Shown: one piece after another, positions 10,051 through 20,963 of the stretch
How the letters are laid out: the number at the start of each line of letters is the position of its first letter
Position numbering within the stretch: the first letter of the stretch is position 1
Assembly (NCBI GenBank): GCA_963835065.1
Contig: CAWIEK010000010.1
Location: 1-33,286, forward strand
DNA from: an uncultured Chthonomonadaceae bacterium
Lineage (GTDB): Bacteria > Armatimonadota > Chthonomonadetes > Chthonomonadales > Chthonomonadaceae
Direction of reading: 5' to 3'
DNA: 33,286 nt
Position numbers and translations under genes: made by a program
Notes under the pieces: model-generated
Databases searched by the model: none
The model's input: the letters and a program-made list of their open reading frames with translations, nothing else
What the model was told of the DNA's origin: nothing

Positions 10051-11375
10051 AACATTCGACACAAACCCTACAACGCGAAACAAAAATCTTTGCTTTCGCC
10101 GCGCCCGCACTTCAGGAAAACTCTGGGGCGGGCGCGGCAAACGTTATGGGCATCCTCGATCAGGCGGATGACGTGATCTTCCCCGGCTTCTGGACACCCG
10201 TGCTGGCGGACTTTCTTACCAATGGCTTTGTGCCCGTCGGTCACAAGTGGGACGAGCTGCCCGTCGCCTATCCGACCATTGCCGAAGAGCGCGGATGCGA
10301 CCTGTATACCGAATGGACGTTCCATTCCACGCAGGCCGCGCAGGACGCGCGCACCGTTGCCCGCGAACGCATTGCCGCCGGGAAGTCAATGGGGCTGTCC
10401 GTCGGCTTTCTGTGCGCCGAGGATGGCATCCTGTGGTTCAAGAACGGCGCAGGCGCTGCTGGAATACGCCGCGAAGCAGGGTTTGATTTAAGCCTTTTCG
10501 ATGCGGACGGCGATACGCGCCCACAAGACAACCTGCCGCGCGCTCACGAAATGCGCCAAATTGTACGAGTTTTCGATTGTGCCCGCGCCCTGCAACACGG
10601 CGTCCGTGGCGACCGATGTCAAGGGAGAAACCGCGCTCATGCGTAACCAAGCCAAACACTGCTCCGCTGCCTGCCGTCCTGCCGCTCACGCTGGAGAAAA
10701 GCGCGACCGGGCTGACCCTCAAAGAAGAGGTATTGAGTTTGAAGGGCGAGGCGCTGGGCAATATCGAGCAGGACGCGAGCATGGCCGCGCATCCGCACTG
10801 TCAATAGCGCCCTACTGCGCGTCATTTACCAATCCCTTTACAATCCAGGCGACGACGTTACCAGCGTGGAAGAATTACTGTCCGGCCTGCCCGCCGCGTT
10901 TGACGAAGCGCGCGACATCAGCCTGACTCTGCTGGCCGCCCTGCTTGCCAACGTGGATATTGAGGATTTGCAGGACGATCTGGACTACTGGTATTACTAC
11001 TACAGCGCGCCGCCCGGCGAACAGGCGGCGCTCACGTTTGCGCACAAGGCCGCGCGTCTGGAAACGGATGTCGCGGCCTTTGTCACGCTCGCTACCCGGC
11101 GACAGGAAGCGCGCGTCAAGGACGGACGCAAACTCTCGCAAGCCACGCGGGAGAAGATGCAGGCGATTAAAGACGGCCTGCAAACCCATTGCGATTCCCT
11201 CGAAACGCTTCTGGCAGACACCGCACCGATGGACGACGCGACAGATACGGCCAAAAGCCTGCCTGCGCCTGTTCCCGCCGGCAACGACGCTGCCGCTTTC
11301 CCTTCCCGCCGCGACGCTGACCGGCTCTTGCAGGAATTGCAGGCGCTGTCGGGCGTATGGCAAACGGAGAATTGA
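10047..11375 (+). CDS. HK97-family prohead protease with long C-terminal extension, frameshifted
   Basis: DQADDVIFPG, GHKWDELPVA (His), GLSVGF (Ser), LYEFSIVPAPCN; extension contains KDGRKLSQATR, typical of protease-scaffold tails. Confidence 0.85.
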
Positions 11376-11380
11376 TTCAT

Positions 11381-12723
11381 ATGAATAAGAACGAAATGGT
11401 TGACGATAACAATGAGCCGGTGGCAGTCACGCGGCTCGACTTTGAAGCGGATGCAGGATCAGGTACGCGGCAACATCGTCAAAGCTCAGGCTATCCGCAT
11501 GCAGTATCAGGGCAAGTCCGAAGGCATGAACGGGCAGGAAGAGACGGAATACGTCCGCCTGATCGAAGAGGCCGATGCCATCAAGCCCAAAATCGAAAGC
11601 GCGTTGAAGTTCCTCGCCCTCAAATCGTGGGCGGACGGGGCGGCTTCGGGACTGCCGGCAGGAGGCGCTGGCGAGGCCGCGGTGACGGACGCGGACAAAC
11701 GCGAGGCCAAACATAAGCATTTGTACCGCGATTATCTGCGCGGACAGAGCAAGCAGGCGCAGTTCAATCTGGAGCGTTTCGCGGGGAAACCCCGGTTGGC
11801 GAAACGAAAGCGTACCAGGCGGACAACCCCGAAGGCGGCGGCTTTGCGGTGATGCCCCAGCAGATGGTCACGGAATTCATTCAGTTGGTTAAAGACCTGG
11901 TGTTCGTGCGGCAGGGCGCGACCTGCTTTACGGTTCCCAACGCGGAAAGTTCGGGCGTCCCGGCGCTGGATGTGGACCCGTCCGACAGCGACTGGACGAC
12001 GGAACTTAGTGTCGGTAATGAAGAAGGCACGGCCAATTTTGGCAAGCGCGAGTTCCGCCCGCACCCCCTGGCGAAATACATCAAGGAAAGCAAGAAGCTG
12101 ATGCGGCAGGTTCCCAATGTGGAAACCGTGCTGCTGGACCGGCTTGGCTACAAAATGAGCATCACGCAGGAAAAGGCGTTTATTTCGGGCGACGGCTCGG
12201 ACAAGCCGCTGGGCGTGTTTACCGCCAGCGCAAACGGCATTTCCACGAACCGCGATACCATTTCCGCCGGCTCCAACGCGATTGTCGGCGATGACGTAAT
12301 CAACACGTTTTACGCCCTCAAAGCGCCGTATCGCGCCAAAGCGCAGTGGCTGCTCAGCCGCAGCATCGTGCTGGCCGTGCGCAAGCTGAAAGACAACAAC
12401 AACAACTATCTGTGGACGGCTGGCTACGGCAATCCGACGGGCGCGCAAAGCGGGCCGGGCGGCGGCTTGCAGGGAACGCCCGACACGCTGATGGGCCGTC
12501 CGATCGGGAATTGGAATACGCGCCCGGCACGATTGCGACCGGCAACTACACGATGCTGGTCGGCGACTTTTCGCGCTACTGGATCGCGGACAGCCTTGCA
12601 ATGCAGATACAAACTCTGTACGAGTTGTTCGCGCTGTCGAATCAGATGGGCTACATCATGCGCATGGAAAGCGACGGGATGCCCGTCCTTGAGGAAGCGT
12701 TCGCGCGGCTGCGCCAGCTGTAA
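11381..12723 (+). CDS. major capsid protein (HK97 fold, N-terminal delta-like domain), frameshifted
   Basis: GGFAVMPQQ, EKAFISGDGSDKPLGV, VRKLKDNNNNYLW, TLMGRP, LVGDFSRYWIAD, NQMGYIMRMESDG..EAF. Confidence 0.95.
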
Positions 12724-12762
12724 CTTCGTCCCGAAACGTGTTTGAGTGTTATGTTGGAGAAC

Positions 12763-12833
12763 CGGCAGGCGCGGCCATTATTGTCGCGCCTGCTTGTTGC
12801 GCCGTATGCCTGCCGTCCGCAGCCCGGACAGGC
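12763..12833 (+). terminator. hairpins after capsid gene (possible terminator/attenuator)
   Basis: GCAGGCGCGGC-cattatt-GTCGCGCCTGC followed by TTGTT; second stem GCCTG...CAGGC. Confidence 0.5.
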
Positions 12834-12877
12834 GTTTGCGCTCCGAATTGCCGGATGGGTTGTGGAGACTTTATATT

Positions 12878-13274
12878 ATGAGCATGAAAGCGATTAAGGC
12901 GCTGTATACCACGCAGTCGAGTATCACGCCAGGCGCGCGAACGGTATCCGCGAACGGCGCGGGCGTAGACCTCGCCAACGCGGAAGAAAACCAGATCGTG
13001 GTCGTGGGCGGGACGTGGACAGACGGAACGCACACATTCACCTTGCAGGAAAGCGCCGACAACGCGACCTTTACCAATGTGGCGGCGGCGAACCAGATCG
13101 GGGCGTTTACGCCGATTTCCTCAGCGAACACGGCGGCGGCCACCAACAACAAAGTGAGCTACATCGGCGCATTGCGCTATATCCGGGTGATTGTCACCGT
13201 TGCGGGCGATCTTACGGGAGCCGTGGACGCCGCGATAGCGAATACCAAGCCGCGCAAAGCAGCCCGCGCCGTAA
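12878..13274 (+). CDS. head-associated protein (decoration/cement-like)
   Basis: ANGAGVDLAN...TFTLQESADNATFTNV...YIGALRYIRV; immediately follows capsid. Confidence 0.65.
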
Positions 13275-13275
13275 T

Positions 13276-13337
13276 GGGTGTGGGGTTTCGGGTTTCGGTT
13301 GTTCAGGCTGTTCCTGTTTTGGAATAGCCTGATTTTT
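13276..13337 (+). terminator. degenerate 7-mer repeat (GGGTTTC) followed by intrinsic terminator
   Basis: TCAGGCTGTTCC-tgtttt-GGAATAGCCTGA-TTTTT at 13303-13337. Confidence 0.75.
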
Positions 13338-13356
13338 ATATTTGAGGAACGCGCGC

Positions 13357-14065
13357 ATGCCCAAAGACGCTTATCCAACCGATCAAAATCTTGCGCTGTT
13401 TTTGCGCTCCACGGGACTGCCCGCGCTGCAAGATACCGCTAATCTTTCCCTGCTCGATTTTGGGCAGCCAGATCGATGCGTCCATTGCGGAATGGGAGCG
13501 GCGAACGCGTTGGGTTCCGTTCCTCGCCACCACGCAGACGCGATGGTTCCATCCGCCGGGCGCAAACCGGGGTCAGGCGGCGTTGGCTATGGCGGCCTGG
13601 GAGGACTGGGCGGCGGCAGTCTGGGCGGCAGCAATTTGTTGTTTCTGGACGCGGGGCTGCGGTCGGTGACGAGCGTTGCCACGCACTTGACCGACACGGA
13701 CATGGCCGGAACGGTGCAGCTGGAGAAACGCGATTTTTGGCTATCGCCGACGAGCGCGCCCTCAGCCGGGATGCCCTACATGGCAATTAAGTTTCGCTGG
13801 CCGGTGTATGGCGATCCGCAAAGCATTCAGGTGGTCGGGAGCTGGGGACGGGCGCGACGCTGCCGGACAACGGGTGGAACGCCATTTTGCAGTACGCGGC
13901 CTTCCTCATCATGCCCCAGGTGGCGTTTCTCGTCAATGGGGGCTGGAAAGCCTGACGGAAGCGGGCGTGACGGAAAAGTACGCGAAAATCCTGGAAGTGC
14001 AGGTTCCCTTCTGGCAAACCTATTTTGACAGGCAAGTGGAATTGAATACTCGCCGCAGCCTGTAG
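13357..14065 (+). CDS. head-tail connector/adaptor-like protein, frameshifted
   Basis: AYPT..L..FL..IDASIAEWERRT..SIQVVGSWG; position after head genes. Confidence 0.6.
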
Positions 14066-14081
14066 GTTCGGAGGAAAGACG

Positions 14082-14519
14082 ATGGCGCTTTCGCCGCGAC
14101 AACGCCGCCTGTACACAGACCGCGTAAACATCTGGGAGGCGCTCAATCCCCTCGATGAGGAAGGAACGCCCCAGGAGCAGATTTTCACGCTGCTGTATCG
14201 CAACGTGCCCTGCAAGTTTGAGTTCACCATCAACGTGGACGACCCGACGCCTACCGGCGGGCAGAAGCGCAAGACCGCGCTGACGACGGATATTCTGCAT
14301 CTGCCACTGGTGGACGACAGCAACCGAACGCTGCGCCTTCCCAACGGCGCGTACTTCGTCAACGTGACGCCGAACAATCCGAACCGGGGCGGCTTGAGCA
14401 TAGGGCAGGGCGCGCCCAACTTGCTGCCGGGGAGTGGCTCGCGCACCGGCCTGAACACGCAGATCGTGCAGGTGATGAGCGAAGAGCACCCGCCGCTTGA
14501 CGTAGGCGCGGGAGTGTAA
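14082..14519 (+). CDS. putative head-closure/stopper protein
   Basis: GGAGG RBS; beta-rich; LYRNVPCKF; synteny. Confidence 0.5.
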   Translation: MALSPRQRRLYTDRVNIWEALNPLDEEGTPQEQIFTLLYRNVPCKFEFTINVDDPTPTGGQKRKTALTTDILHLPLVDDSNRTLRLPNGAYFVNVTPNNPNRGGLSIGQGAPNLLPGSGSRTGLNTQIVQVMSEEHPPLDVGAGV

Positions 14520-14543
14520 TGGACATTCGCAGAGGAGTGTGGC

Positions 14544-14975
14544 ATGAGCGTGGAAAACGACTTATACGCTGATCTGCGCGCCATCCTTCGCGCAACGTGG
14601 CCGGAAGTGACGGCAAACGGCATTTTCGAGAGCGACCATGTTGAGCGCCTTGCGTGGGAAAAGCTCACGCCGCCGTATGCCGTGATCCATATCCCTGATT
14701 TCCCGGAAGCGGACTGGAGCCGCGATACGCTCTGCTATGAGCCGGACGTTCATATTTATTATGTTGCCGCAACGAGTGGCCCTTTGGATGCCCTGCGCGA
14801 CAAACTGGATGCGGCGCGGTTAGCGTTGATTGCGGCAGAACCCACTCATACCCAAATTACGGAAGTATACGGACTGTCCACCAGCAACCCGGCCAGCGCG
14901 GACGAGGTTCTATCCGGCAAGCGGATGCCACATCAGGCTGGGCGCATCAGTTGTAAATGTTTGATTGGCAGTTGA
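14544..14975 (+). CDS. putative tail terminator/completion protein
   Basis: MSVENDLYADLRAIL...PPYAVI...; size and synteny before the tail tube. Confidence 0.55.
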   Translation: MSVENDLYADLRAILRATWPEVTANGIFESDHVERLAWEKLTPPYAVIHIPDFPEADWSRDTLCYEPDVHIYYVAATSGPLDALRDKLDAARLALIAAEPTHTQITEVYGLSTSNPASADEVLSGKRMPHQAGRISCKCLIGS

Positions 14976-14976
14976 C

Positions 14977-15036
14977 AGGCATTAGGCATTAGGCATTAGA
15001 CAACAGCCTTCTCACGAAACTGAGGAGGCTGTTGTC
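14977..15036 (+). terminator. 7-mer repeat (AGGCATT) x3 followed by 16-bp hairpin
   Basis: GACAACAGCCTTCTCA-cgaaac-TGAGGAGGCTGTTGTC at 14999-15036; weak U tract. Confidence 0.65.
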
Positions 15037-15071
15037 TTGATTCACATGAACCAACCAAGGACTGAAGACGC

Positions 15072-15269
15072 ATGAAGATACGCGAAAAACAATTCTCCGA
15101 ACCGGCGGGAACGGCGCAAAAGCGCACACTGCTGGCAACGCGGGTGCGGGAACTCCCCGAAGGCGAAGCCCTCCCGGAAGACGCGGACGCGCTGCCGGAA
15201 GGCGATACGAGCGCCCTTGATACAGACTGGCAGCCTGTCACGCCGCAGAAATTAGGAGGGTTGCATTAA
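15072..15269 (+). CDS. small hypothetical protein
   Basis: ORF abutting the tail tube gene. Confidence 0.55.
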   Translation: MKIREKQFSEPAGTAQKRTLLATRVRELPEGEALPEDADALPEGDTSALDTDWQPVTPQKLGGLH

Positions 15270-15737
15270 ATGCCTACGCTACGTAGTTTCTTTCTGGCTG
15301 CCAAGCACGGCAGCACGATTGTCGCCACCATTGTCGGCCAAACGGCTGGCACGGGCGGCGCGCTGTCGGCCGGCACATCCGGGAGTATCCGGGGGCAGTT
15401 CAAAAAGTGGAAAATCACGTCTTCTCCCAAAAAAGACAACATCAGCAGCAACGATTTGCCCCTTGCCAACAATGTCATTTTGGAAGAAGATTTCAAGGTC
15501 GAACTCGAAGAGATGCAGGTGCGCGGGATTGGTTCGCAGGTGTTGAGCGTCCTCATCAGTTCCTTCGATTATTTTGCGGTCACACTGGCATATGCCAATA
15601 AAACCTATGGCCCCATTTTCCTGAGCCGTGGCGAATTTTCGGATGGGATACAAGATAAGGGGAACGGCAATATCAGCCTTTCGCTGGAACTCATTGACGT
15701 AGGCCAAACTGCCGTTTTGCCTTACGCTGAAGCCTAA
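15270..15737 (+). CDS. putative major tail (tube) protein
   Basis: AGGAGG RBS; 155 aa, beta-rich; directly upstream of the chaperone pair and tape measure. Confidence 0.6.
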   Translation: MPTLRSFFLAAKHGSTIVATIVGQTAGTGGALSAGTSGSIRGQFKKWKITSSPKKDNISSNDLPLANNVILEEDFKVELEEMQVRGIGSQVLSVLISSFDYFAVTLAYANKTYGPIFLSRGEFSDGIQDKGNGNISLSLELIDVGQTAVLPYAEA

Positions 15738-15753
15738 CGAATGGAGACTACCA

Positions 15754-16233
15754 GTGCCAAAGATTGATTTTTTTACCATCAATAGGCCGCAAATGTTGGT
15801 TGAAACGAAAACATTCATCGAACCTCGGTTCAAAACCGACAGAAATAAGGATGTGACCCTTTCCCTGCAAGCCTTAGATGAATTCAAAAGGCTTGAAGTG
15901 AGTACGCTGTACGAAGGCATCGTGTTGGCGTACTTCGGCGATGAGGAAAACGGCATCGAAGCCTCTACGGAAATTGCGCCGAACGCCAATGGCTTCTGTA
16001 TCAAGCTGAACCGCGAAATTTGCTTGCAGGTGGCAAGCCTGCTGGTGATGCAGACCACCAAAAAGCAGGAAGAAAAATACGATTTTGAGGAATTGGTGAT
16101 GTTGGCGGCGGTTATGCCCAACGTATGGCGGCAGATATTGCGGTGGCGAGACAAACTCAATACCAAAGGAGCCAAACAAACGGGGGAAGTCTTGGCTGGT
16201 TCAGATACTTCCGGCGTATCCGAGCCAGCGTAG
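15754..16233 (+). CDS. tail assembly chaperone (gpG-like)
   Basis: Synteny; G GGG GAA slippery site near the 3' end. Confidence 0.7.
   Translation: MPKIDFFTINRPQMLVETKTFIEPRFKTDRNKDVTLSLQALDEFKRLEVSTLYEGIVLAYFGDEENGIEASTEIAPNANGFCIKLNREICLQVASLLVMQTTKKQEEKYDFEELVMLAAVMPNVWRQILRWRDKLNTKGAKQTGEVLAGSDTSGVSEPA
16182..16188 (+). promoter_or_regulatory. programmed -1 ribosomal frameshift site GGGGGAA
   Basis: In-frame G GGG GAA; the -1 frame is open to 16481 with no good start of its own. Confidence 0.7.
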
Positions 16234-16481
16234 AATCCAACACAGGACACCCGGAAGTTATTTGCTACTTTGCGGAAGTGCTGCGTTCCATTAATGACCG
16301 CTTGGGCGTGTTGTGCGGTCATATGACAGGGCAGGATGTGGGAGCCGTAGGGCAAACGTATCCTGCCCTCGGCTTACGATGGCTGCACGATCTGGAAATG
16401 ATAAACGTGCAGCGCGCCATAGACACGCAACGAACTGGCGACAATTCCGAAGACGACGCAGAGGAAGATAGCGAGGAATGA
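16182..16481 (+). CDS. gpT-like extension of tail chaperone (gpGT)
   Basis: -1 frame ORF ending 7 bp before the tape measure gene. Confidence 0.65.
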   Translation, partial: GGSLGWFRYFRRIRASVESNTGHPEVICYFAEVLRSINDRLGVLCGHMTGQDVGAVGQTYPALGLRWLHDLEMINVQRAIDTQRTGDNSEDDAEEDSEE

Positions 16482-16488
16482 ACTGGCA

Positions 16489-17927
16489 ATGGCTAAATCA
16501 TTGGCTGATGAGTTCAAACTTTTGGGCATTGTTCAAGTAACACGCGACCTGCATCTCTTCGCGCAAGAGATACAAAACATCCGAAAAGTTCTGGAAGGTG
16601 GTTCCTCTGCTACGAGCGGTGCTGTCCAGTTCCGGCTCTTCATCGGCTGCGAATATCACTTCCTCTGCTTCGTCACTGGATCGGGCGGCAAAGGCGCTGC
16701 AAAGTCTGGGACAATTAGGAAAAGGCAATGCAACGTTTTCGCAGGCTTCCCGCGCTATCTCTTCGGTGGCAACAGAATTGGGGCCGGTGGCGGAAGGAAC
16801 TCGGAGCCGTTGCCTTGCCGCTTGCCGTTGCTGTCAGCGCCATTGACCTCTTAGGGCAGGCTGCGAGTAAAACAGCAGAGATATCAAACGCAATGCTGAA
16901 GCCTACTACTCTTCGGGAGGCTCTCCGGCAGAGTTGGCAAAGGCTAATTCCATTGGCAGCGCGACAGGAATTGATGTAAAAGACTTCTCGCGCCTTGCTG
17001 TTGAGTACGGGAAAGAAATCTCCACCAATGCCTTTGCCCAAGCCGACGCAAATAGGATCGGGCTGCATGACACGCAAAATCCGTATGCGAGTAACCCAGA
17101 CAAGCTGACGAACTTCGAGAAGGCGCTAGAGCATATCACCAGCAAGAGCATCTCGGACGATGAGGCGCGACGGGAAGCGCGGAACAATCCCAGTTTACAG
17201 CCGTTCCTGTCTCTGCGCGATCTAACGGACGAGAGCAAGAAAAAGACGTTTCAACCGGGAAGCGACTTGGAAGACCAATTCAGCCCGCAAGCGCGACAAG
17301 ACGCGGCAGAATACACCCGCACGGTGGGAGAGGTCAATCTGGCGTGGGAACGCTTCGTGGTGCAAGTCGGCAAACCTGTACTTGAAACGCTTAACAACTT
17401 ATGGCATATCGCGGAACCATTAACAGTTAGCTTTCGGAATTTTTTCGGAGCGTTACAGCCGTACAATCCGCTGCTGGCAGCATTGCTTCCGATTGTGCAA
17501 GTCCTGAAAAGCTGAAGTGCAAATTTTGAGTTTCGAGTTTGACGCCGCGACGTATGGACTCAAGCTGTTCACGCCCCTCTTCAGCGACTTAGTGAAAACT
17601 TTGTCTGATCTGGGAAGTGGTAACTTTGAAGACGCGCTGGATGATGCGGAGCGATTTCCCGAAAGACTCGAAGCAAGGCTTTGATGACGCCAACAAGTTT
17701 TGGGAAGATCGTAACAAGAGCCGACAAGAGAAAGAACAGAAGCAGGAAACGGCCTTAGACCGGCATACAAACGCGATGGACAACCATACGACTGTCTCAA
17801 CCGGGCCGGACTGTATGGCGGCGGGGAACGCGCAAGAGGGGCACTACCGGGCATGGTGATAGGTGGCGGCCAAGAAAGGCGCTATTTGTTGGGATTAAGC
17901 CATACTCTGGGCGCGTTCTCGTTATAG
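16489..17927 (+). CDS. tape measure protein (short, about 480 aa), multiply frameshifted
   Basis: Ala/Ser-rich helical N-terminus, hydrophobic LAVAVSAIDLL segment, amphipathic repeats; follows G/GT. Confidence 0.7.
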
Positions 17928-17938
17928 TCCGTTCGCTG

Positions 17939-18412
17939 TCAAAAACATTTCCATTGGCCGACTGGTTCCCCGCGATTTAGCCTTTGAGCGATACAAACGG
18001 CATCTATGGTGACTAACAACCAAAAGGGAATGAAAATCAGGAGCGGAAGTAAAAACAACAGCAGTGTTATTATCCATAACACAAAAGAAACTGCGAGATT
18101 CACCAGCCCCTTTATCACCTGCCCATTGTACATTTGACCGCCTCCAAGCAAACCGAGGCAAGACAATGCCCCGGCTGCAAGGGCAGAGTGACTACCGGGC
18201 GGGCGTGTAATCATGTCATACCCGACAAACGGCGTATATTGTGGGTACTGCTGTAAAGGCGGCTGTTGTGGGGGCGGTATAATCATTTGTGTTTGCTGAG
18301 TGGCTTGCGTAAACTGGGTTCGGAACTGATGCCCGCACTGTGTACATGCAGGCGTATTCAAGGGCGTTACTAAGCCACATTGAGGACACTGCTTCATAGG
18401 TTGTTGTGTCAA
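17939..18412 (-). CDS. zinc-ribbon + Pro/Gln linker + TM2-like membrane protein
   Basis: AGGAGG RBS; CPQCG..CTQCG; ALAAGALSCLGLLGGGQMYNGQVIKG followed by TM helices. Confidence 0.85.
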   Translation of the reverse strand: MTQQPMKQCPQCGLVTPLNTPACTQCGHQFRTQFTQATQQTQMIIPPPQQPPLQQYPQYTPFVGYDMITRPPGSHSALAAGALSCLGLLGGGQMYNGQVIKGLVNLAVSFVLWIITLLLFLLPLLIFIPFWLLVTIDAVCIAQRLNRGEPVGQWKCF

Positions 18413-18449
18413 GGGCGCACCTCCTGGACGCCACTCTATTTGTTGTCTT

Positions 18450-19340
18450 CTATCCGTTTTCCTCCCAATTGGGGCGGTAGTCTATGGTTTTTGCTCCTTT
18501 GCTGGCATTGCATGAGAAACAAAGCGGTTGGATATTGTCAGGATTGCTGCTGCCGCCTTTGGACACTGGTATAACATGATCCATTGTCAGAGGCTTGTGT
18601 TCGCCACAACGTAAACAGTTGTGCCCATACTTTGCGCAGACCGCAAGCCATTGGTCAGGAGTGATGAAACCGCCATTGTCGCGCAAAAGCGTTTTTCTTT
18701 TCGCTTGTGCAACGCTCATTAGGGCGCGGTATCTGGCGCGATTGCGGCTTTTCCATGCGTTGAATTGGGCACGGCCTTTATCGCGGTTCTGTCTTCGGAA
18801 CTCGTTTCTGATCTGCCGTTTACGCTTCCAATACTTCTTGTTTAAAGAGCGAACGTGGTCAGGATTGTTCGTGCGCCAATTACGCTGAGCTACGGAACAG
18901 CAAGCCTTACACGCATTACAATAGCCATCGGGCAACGTTCTATTTCTGCTGAAGGCTGTATAACTCTTGACTTTCTTGCAGGATGAGCAACGCTTCTCAT
19001 GCGTTGTTAGAACAGGTTTAGATGTTTCTGCCAAACGTGCGTTTCGTTGTCTGCTTTTACTGGCATGGCATGATTTACAACAACTTCCGAACCCTGACTT
19101 AGTGGAAACATTTTGAGGCCATTCATTCACATGTTTCTTCTGGTTGCATTGACGACAAAAACGGAACCCTGCCTCATCAATCAATGCAGGTTTAGCAGGT
19201 TTGCAAGTACATATTCGACAGATATAGGCCAGCCCATCGAGTGAAATTGTTCGCTTGGCAAAAGTTGAGAACACTTGCCATTGTTTACATTGTGAACAAA
19301 CCTTACCGTCGAAAAGGTTGAGCATCGGAGTTCCTTTCAA
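18450..19340 (-). CDS. HNH endonuclease with three N-terminal CxxC-CxxC repeats
   Basis: CLRCG..LTMDHVIPVSKGGSSNPDNIQPLCFSCNASKG; three KxCxxC...(DG)...CxxC modules; likely start ATG near 19325. Confidence 0.92.
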   Translation of the reverse strand: MKGTPMLNLFDGKVCSQCKQWQVFSTFAKRTISLDGLAYICRICTCKPAKPALIDEAGFRFCRQCNQKKHVNEWPQNVSTKSGFGSCCKSCHASKSRQRNARLAETSKPVLTTHEKRCSSCKKVKSYTAFSRNRTLPDGYCNACKACCSVAQRNWRTNNPDHVRSLNKKYWKRKRQIRNEFRRQNRDKGRAQFNAWKSRNRARYRALMSVAQAKRKTLLRDNGGFITPDQWLAVCAKYGHNCLRCGEHKPLTMDHVIPVSKGGSSNPDNIQPLCFSCNASKGAKTIDYRPNWEENG

Positions 19341-19721
19341 GAGATGTATACTAGATTACTCATCTAATATTCCACGATGAGGAAAGATACATAGAATTAT
19401 TTTTGCCGTCTTTTGCGGGGTGCTCGCTCCCACGCGCCATAGACGGGCGGCTTGTGCAGAGCAGGAACCGGACGACGCCACACGCTACGCCATACCTTGT
19501 ACTTGCTTTCCTTGCCCGCCTGCTTGTCGAAACATCGGACACTCACACGCCACAGGAACGCGCCGGGCTTTAACCAGTTGCGGGAGCCTAACATAAGGCG
19601 CAAGCCATCTGTACCTTGCCTGTGACACTGGACATGGCGAAGAGTTTGAACAGCCGGACATTGACAATGAGCGTTTCGGTTCTCATGCTTGTTACCTTTT
19701 ACCTTTGAAGGATTTAACCCT

Positions 19722-19932
19722 ATGACTAAATTCTCAACTGATTGCGAAATTGGCGCAATACCCCGATGATGCTCCGTTATATGTTCACGGTGCGCCGGGA
19801 ACCATCGTAAGCATAGATGCAATTACTGCTTCACCAGACGGTTGGCTGTTGTTGAGGCATTGCCCCACACCTGCGCAGCAATTTGAGCAATCTGTTAAAG
19901 CCCCTGCGAACGGCGCAAAATGCCTACAGTAA
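19722..19932 (+). CDS. small hypothetical phage protein, frameshifted at start
   Basis: MTK..QLIAKLAQYPDDAPLYV is a common small phage protein pattern. Confidence 0.5.
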
Positions 19933-19937
19933 GCGAT

Positions 19938-19976
19938 TTCGGCCTGCCCGTCTACCATGCCGACGGGCAGGCCGAA
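19938..19976. terminator. 15-bp perfect hairpin between convergent genes
   Basis: TTCGGCCTGCCCGTC-taccatgcc-GACGGGCAGGCCGAA. Confidence 0.7.
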
Positions 19977-19986
19977 CGTCAGGGGT

Positions 19987-20511
19987 TTAGCGTTTCCTAG
20001 CGGTTGCGGTTGTGGGCGGTTCTTCGGTGTTGCCTCCGGGCGGCCAGTCTTTGACCGTCAGGAGTTCAACATCATCCGCCCATTGCCCGGCAGCGTTCAA
20101 GCCCGTCACTTGCAGACGCCATGCCCTGCCGACCTTCGGGTAGTGTTCTTGTGCCTTTGTCACAATCTCATTCCACGAGGCAGACACATGGATGCGGGCA
20201 GAGTAGCCGTATTCGCCCAACTCTACCACGCCGAAGCGGGCGTAGACGGGCAGGGGCGCGGTAAGATGCACCTGCACGGCCTTGCGGTTGCGGGCAAAGT
20301 GCGGCACGTCAATGGTGAGCGTGATCTGAGAGGCTCCGCTTTCGCAAGCTTCTTCAAACGCTTCGCACAGGGCGCGTTCGTTGGCGTGGTAGATGTGTTG
20401 GGCAAAGCCGATGTAGCGGTACTGTGGAACGAACGTGCGTTTCTTTCGCGGTGTTCGTGAAGGCGTGTTCTCCTTCGGGCGGTTTTCGTGCTGCGTGTCG
20501 TTGCTGTTCAT
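19987..20511 (-). CDS. hypothetical protein
   Basis: Intact 174-aa ORF with AAGGAG RBS. Confidence 0.75.
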   Translation of the reverse strand: MNSNDTQHENRPKENTPSRTPRKKRTFVPQYRYIGFAQHIYHANERALCEAFEEACESGASQITLTIDVPHFARNRKAVQVHLTAPLPVYARFGVVELGEYGYSARIHVSASWNEIVTKAQEHYPKVGRAWRLQVTGLNAAGQWADDVELLTVKDWPPGGNTEEPPTTATARKR

Positions 20512-20582
20512 GGACTGTACTCCTTCTGTGTTCAGGGAAAGCCGGGGCAGAGGGAACTACCCCGGCAGGGTTGCAGAAGGGT

Positions 20583-20963
20583 TTACAGGCCAGAGCGCAG
20601 CAGGCGAGAAACGAGCGGGTACTGCGTTGAAATGCTATTGAAGATGGAGAACTTCGGCAGGCCGCTTTCCTCTGCAAGAACCGTTTCAAGGGCGTTGTAA
20701 CGGCGGCTCACGTGCTTGCAGCGGGCTTCGCTTGCGGCAAGGGCGGCAGTGTCGGGAACGAGGGCTGTCCACAGGTTTTGATGCGCTTCGTTGGCGTCGG
20801 TCATGGCAACGAAGGCGCGGCGAAGCAGGTGAACCAGACGGGCGCGGCGCTCCTGACGGGCGGCGAAGTTGGCAAGGGTTGTCGGAACGGACGGGGCAGC
20901 CTTCGCAGTAACGAGCGTGAGGGCGGACAGACAAACATTTTCTTGCAGAATTGTGTTTTGCAT
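20583..20963 (-). CDS. hypothetical helical protein
   Basis: Intact 126-aa ORF, AGGA RBS, first gene after the consensus promoter. Confidence 0.7.
   Translation of the reverse strand: MQNTILQENVCLSALTLVTAKAAPSVPTTLANFAARQERRARLVHLLRRAFVAMTDANEAHQNLWTALVPDTAALAASEARCKHVSRRYNALETVLAEESGLPKFSIFNSISTQYPLVSRLLRSGL

Noticed and set aside
6267..17927. Gene transfer agent or tailocin interpretation
   Set aside because: Morons, HNH genes, an MTase and a lysis module fit an ordinary temperate phage; no sheath gene, and head genes are present.
19345..19725. ORFs 19397..19822 (-) and possible + strand fragments
   Set aside because: Coding strand cannot be decided. A frameshifted + gene ending at the ATGA at 19722 is plausible but has no supporting motif.
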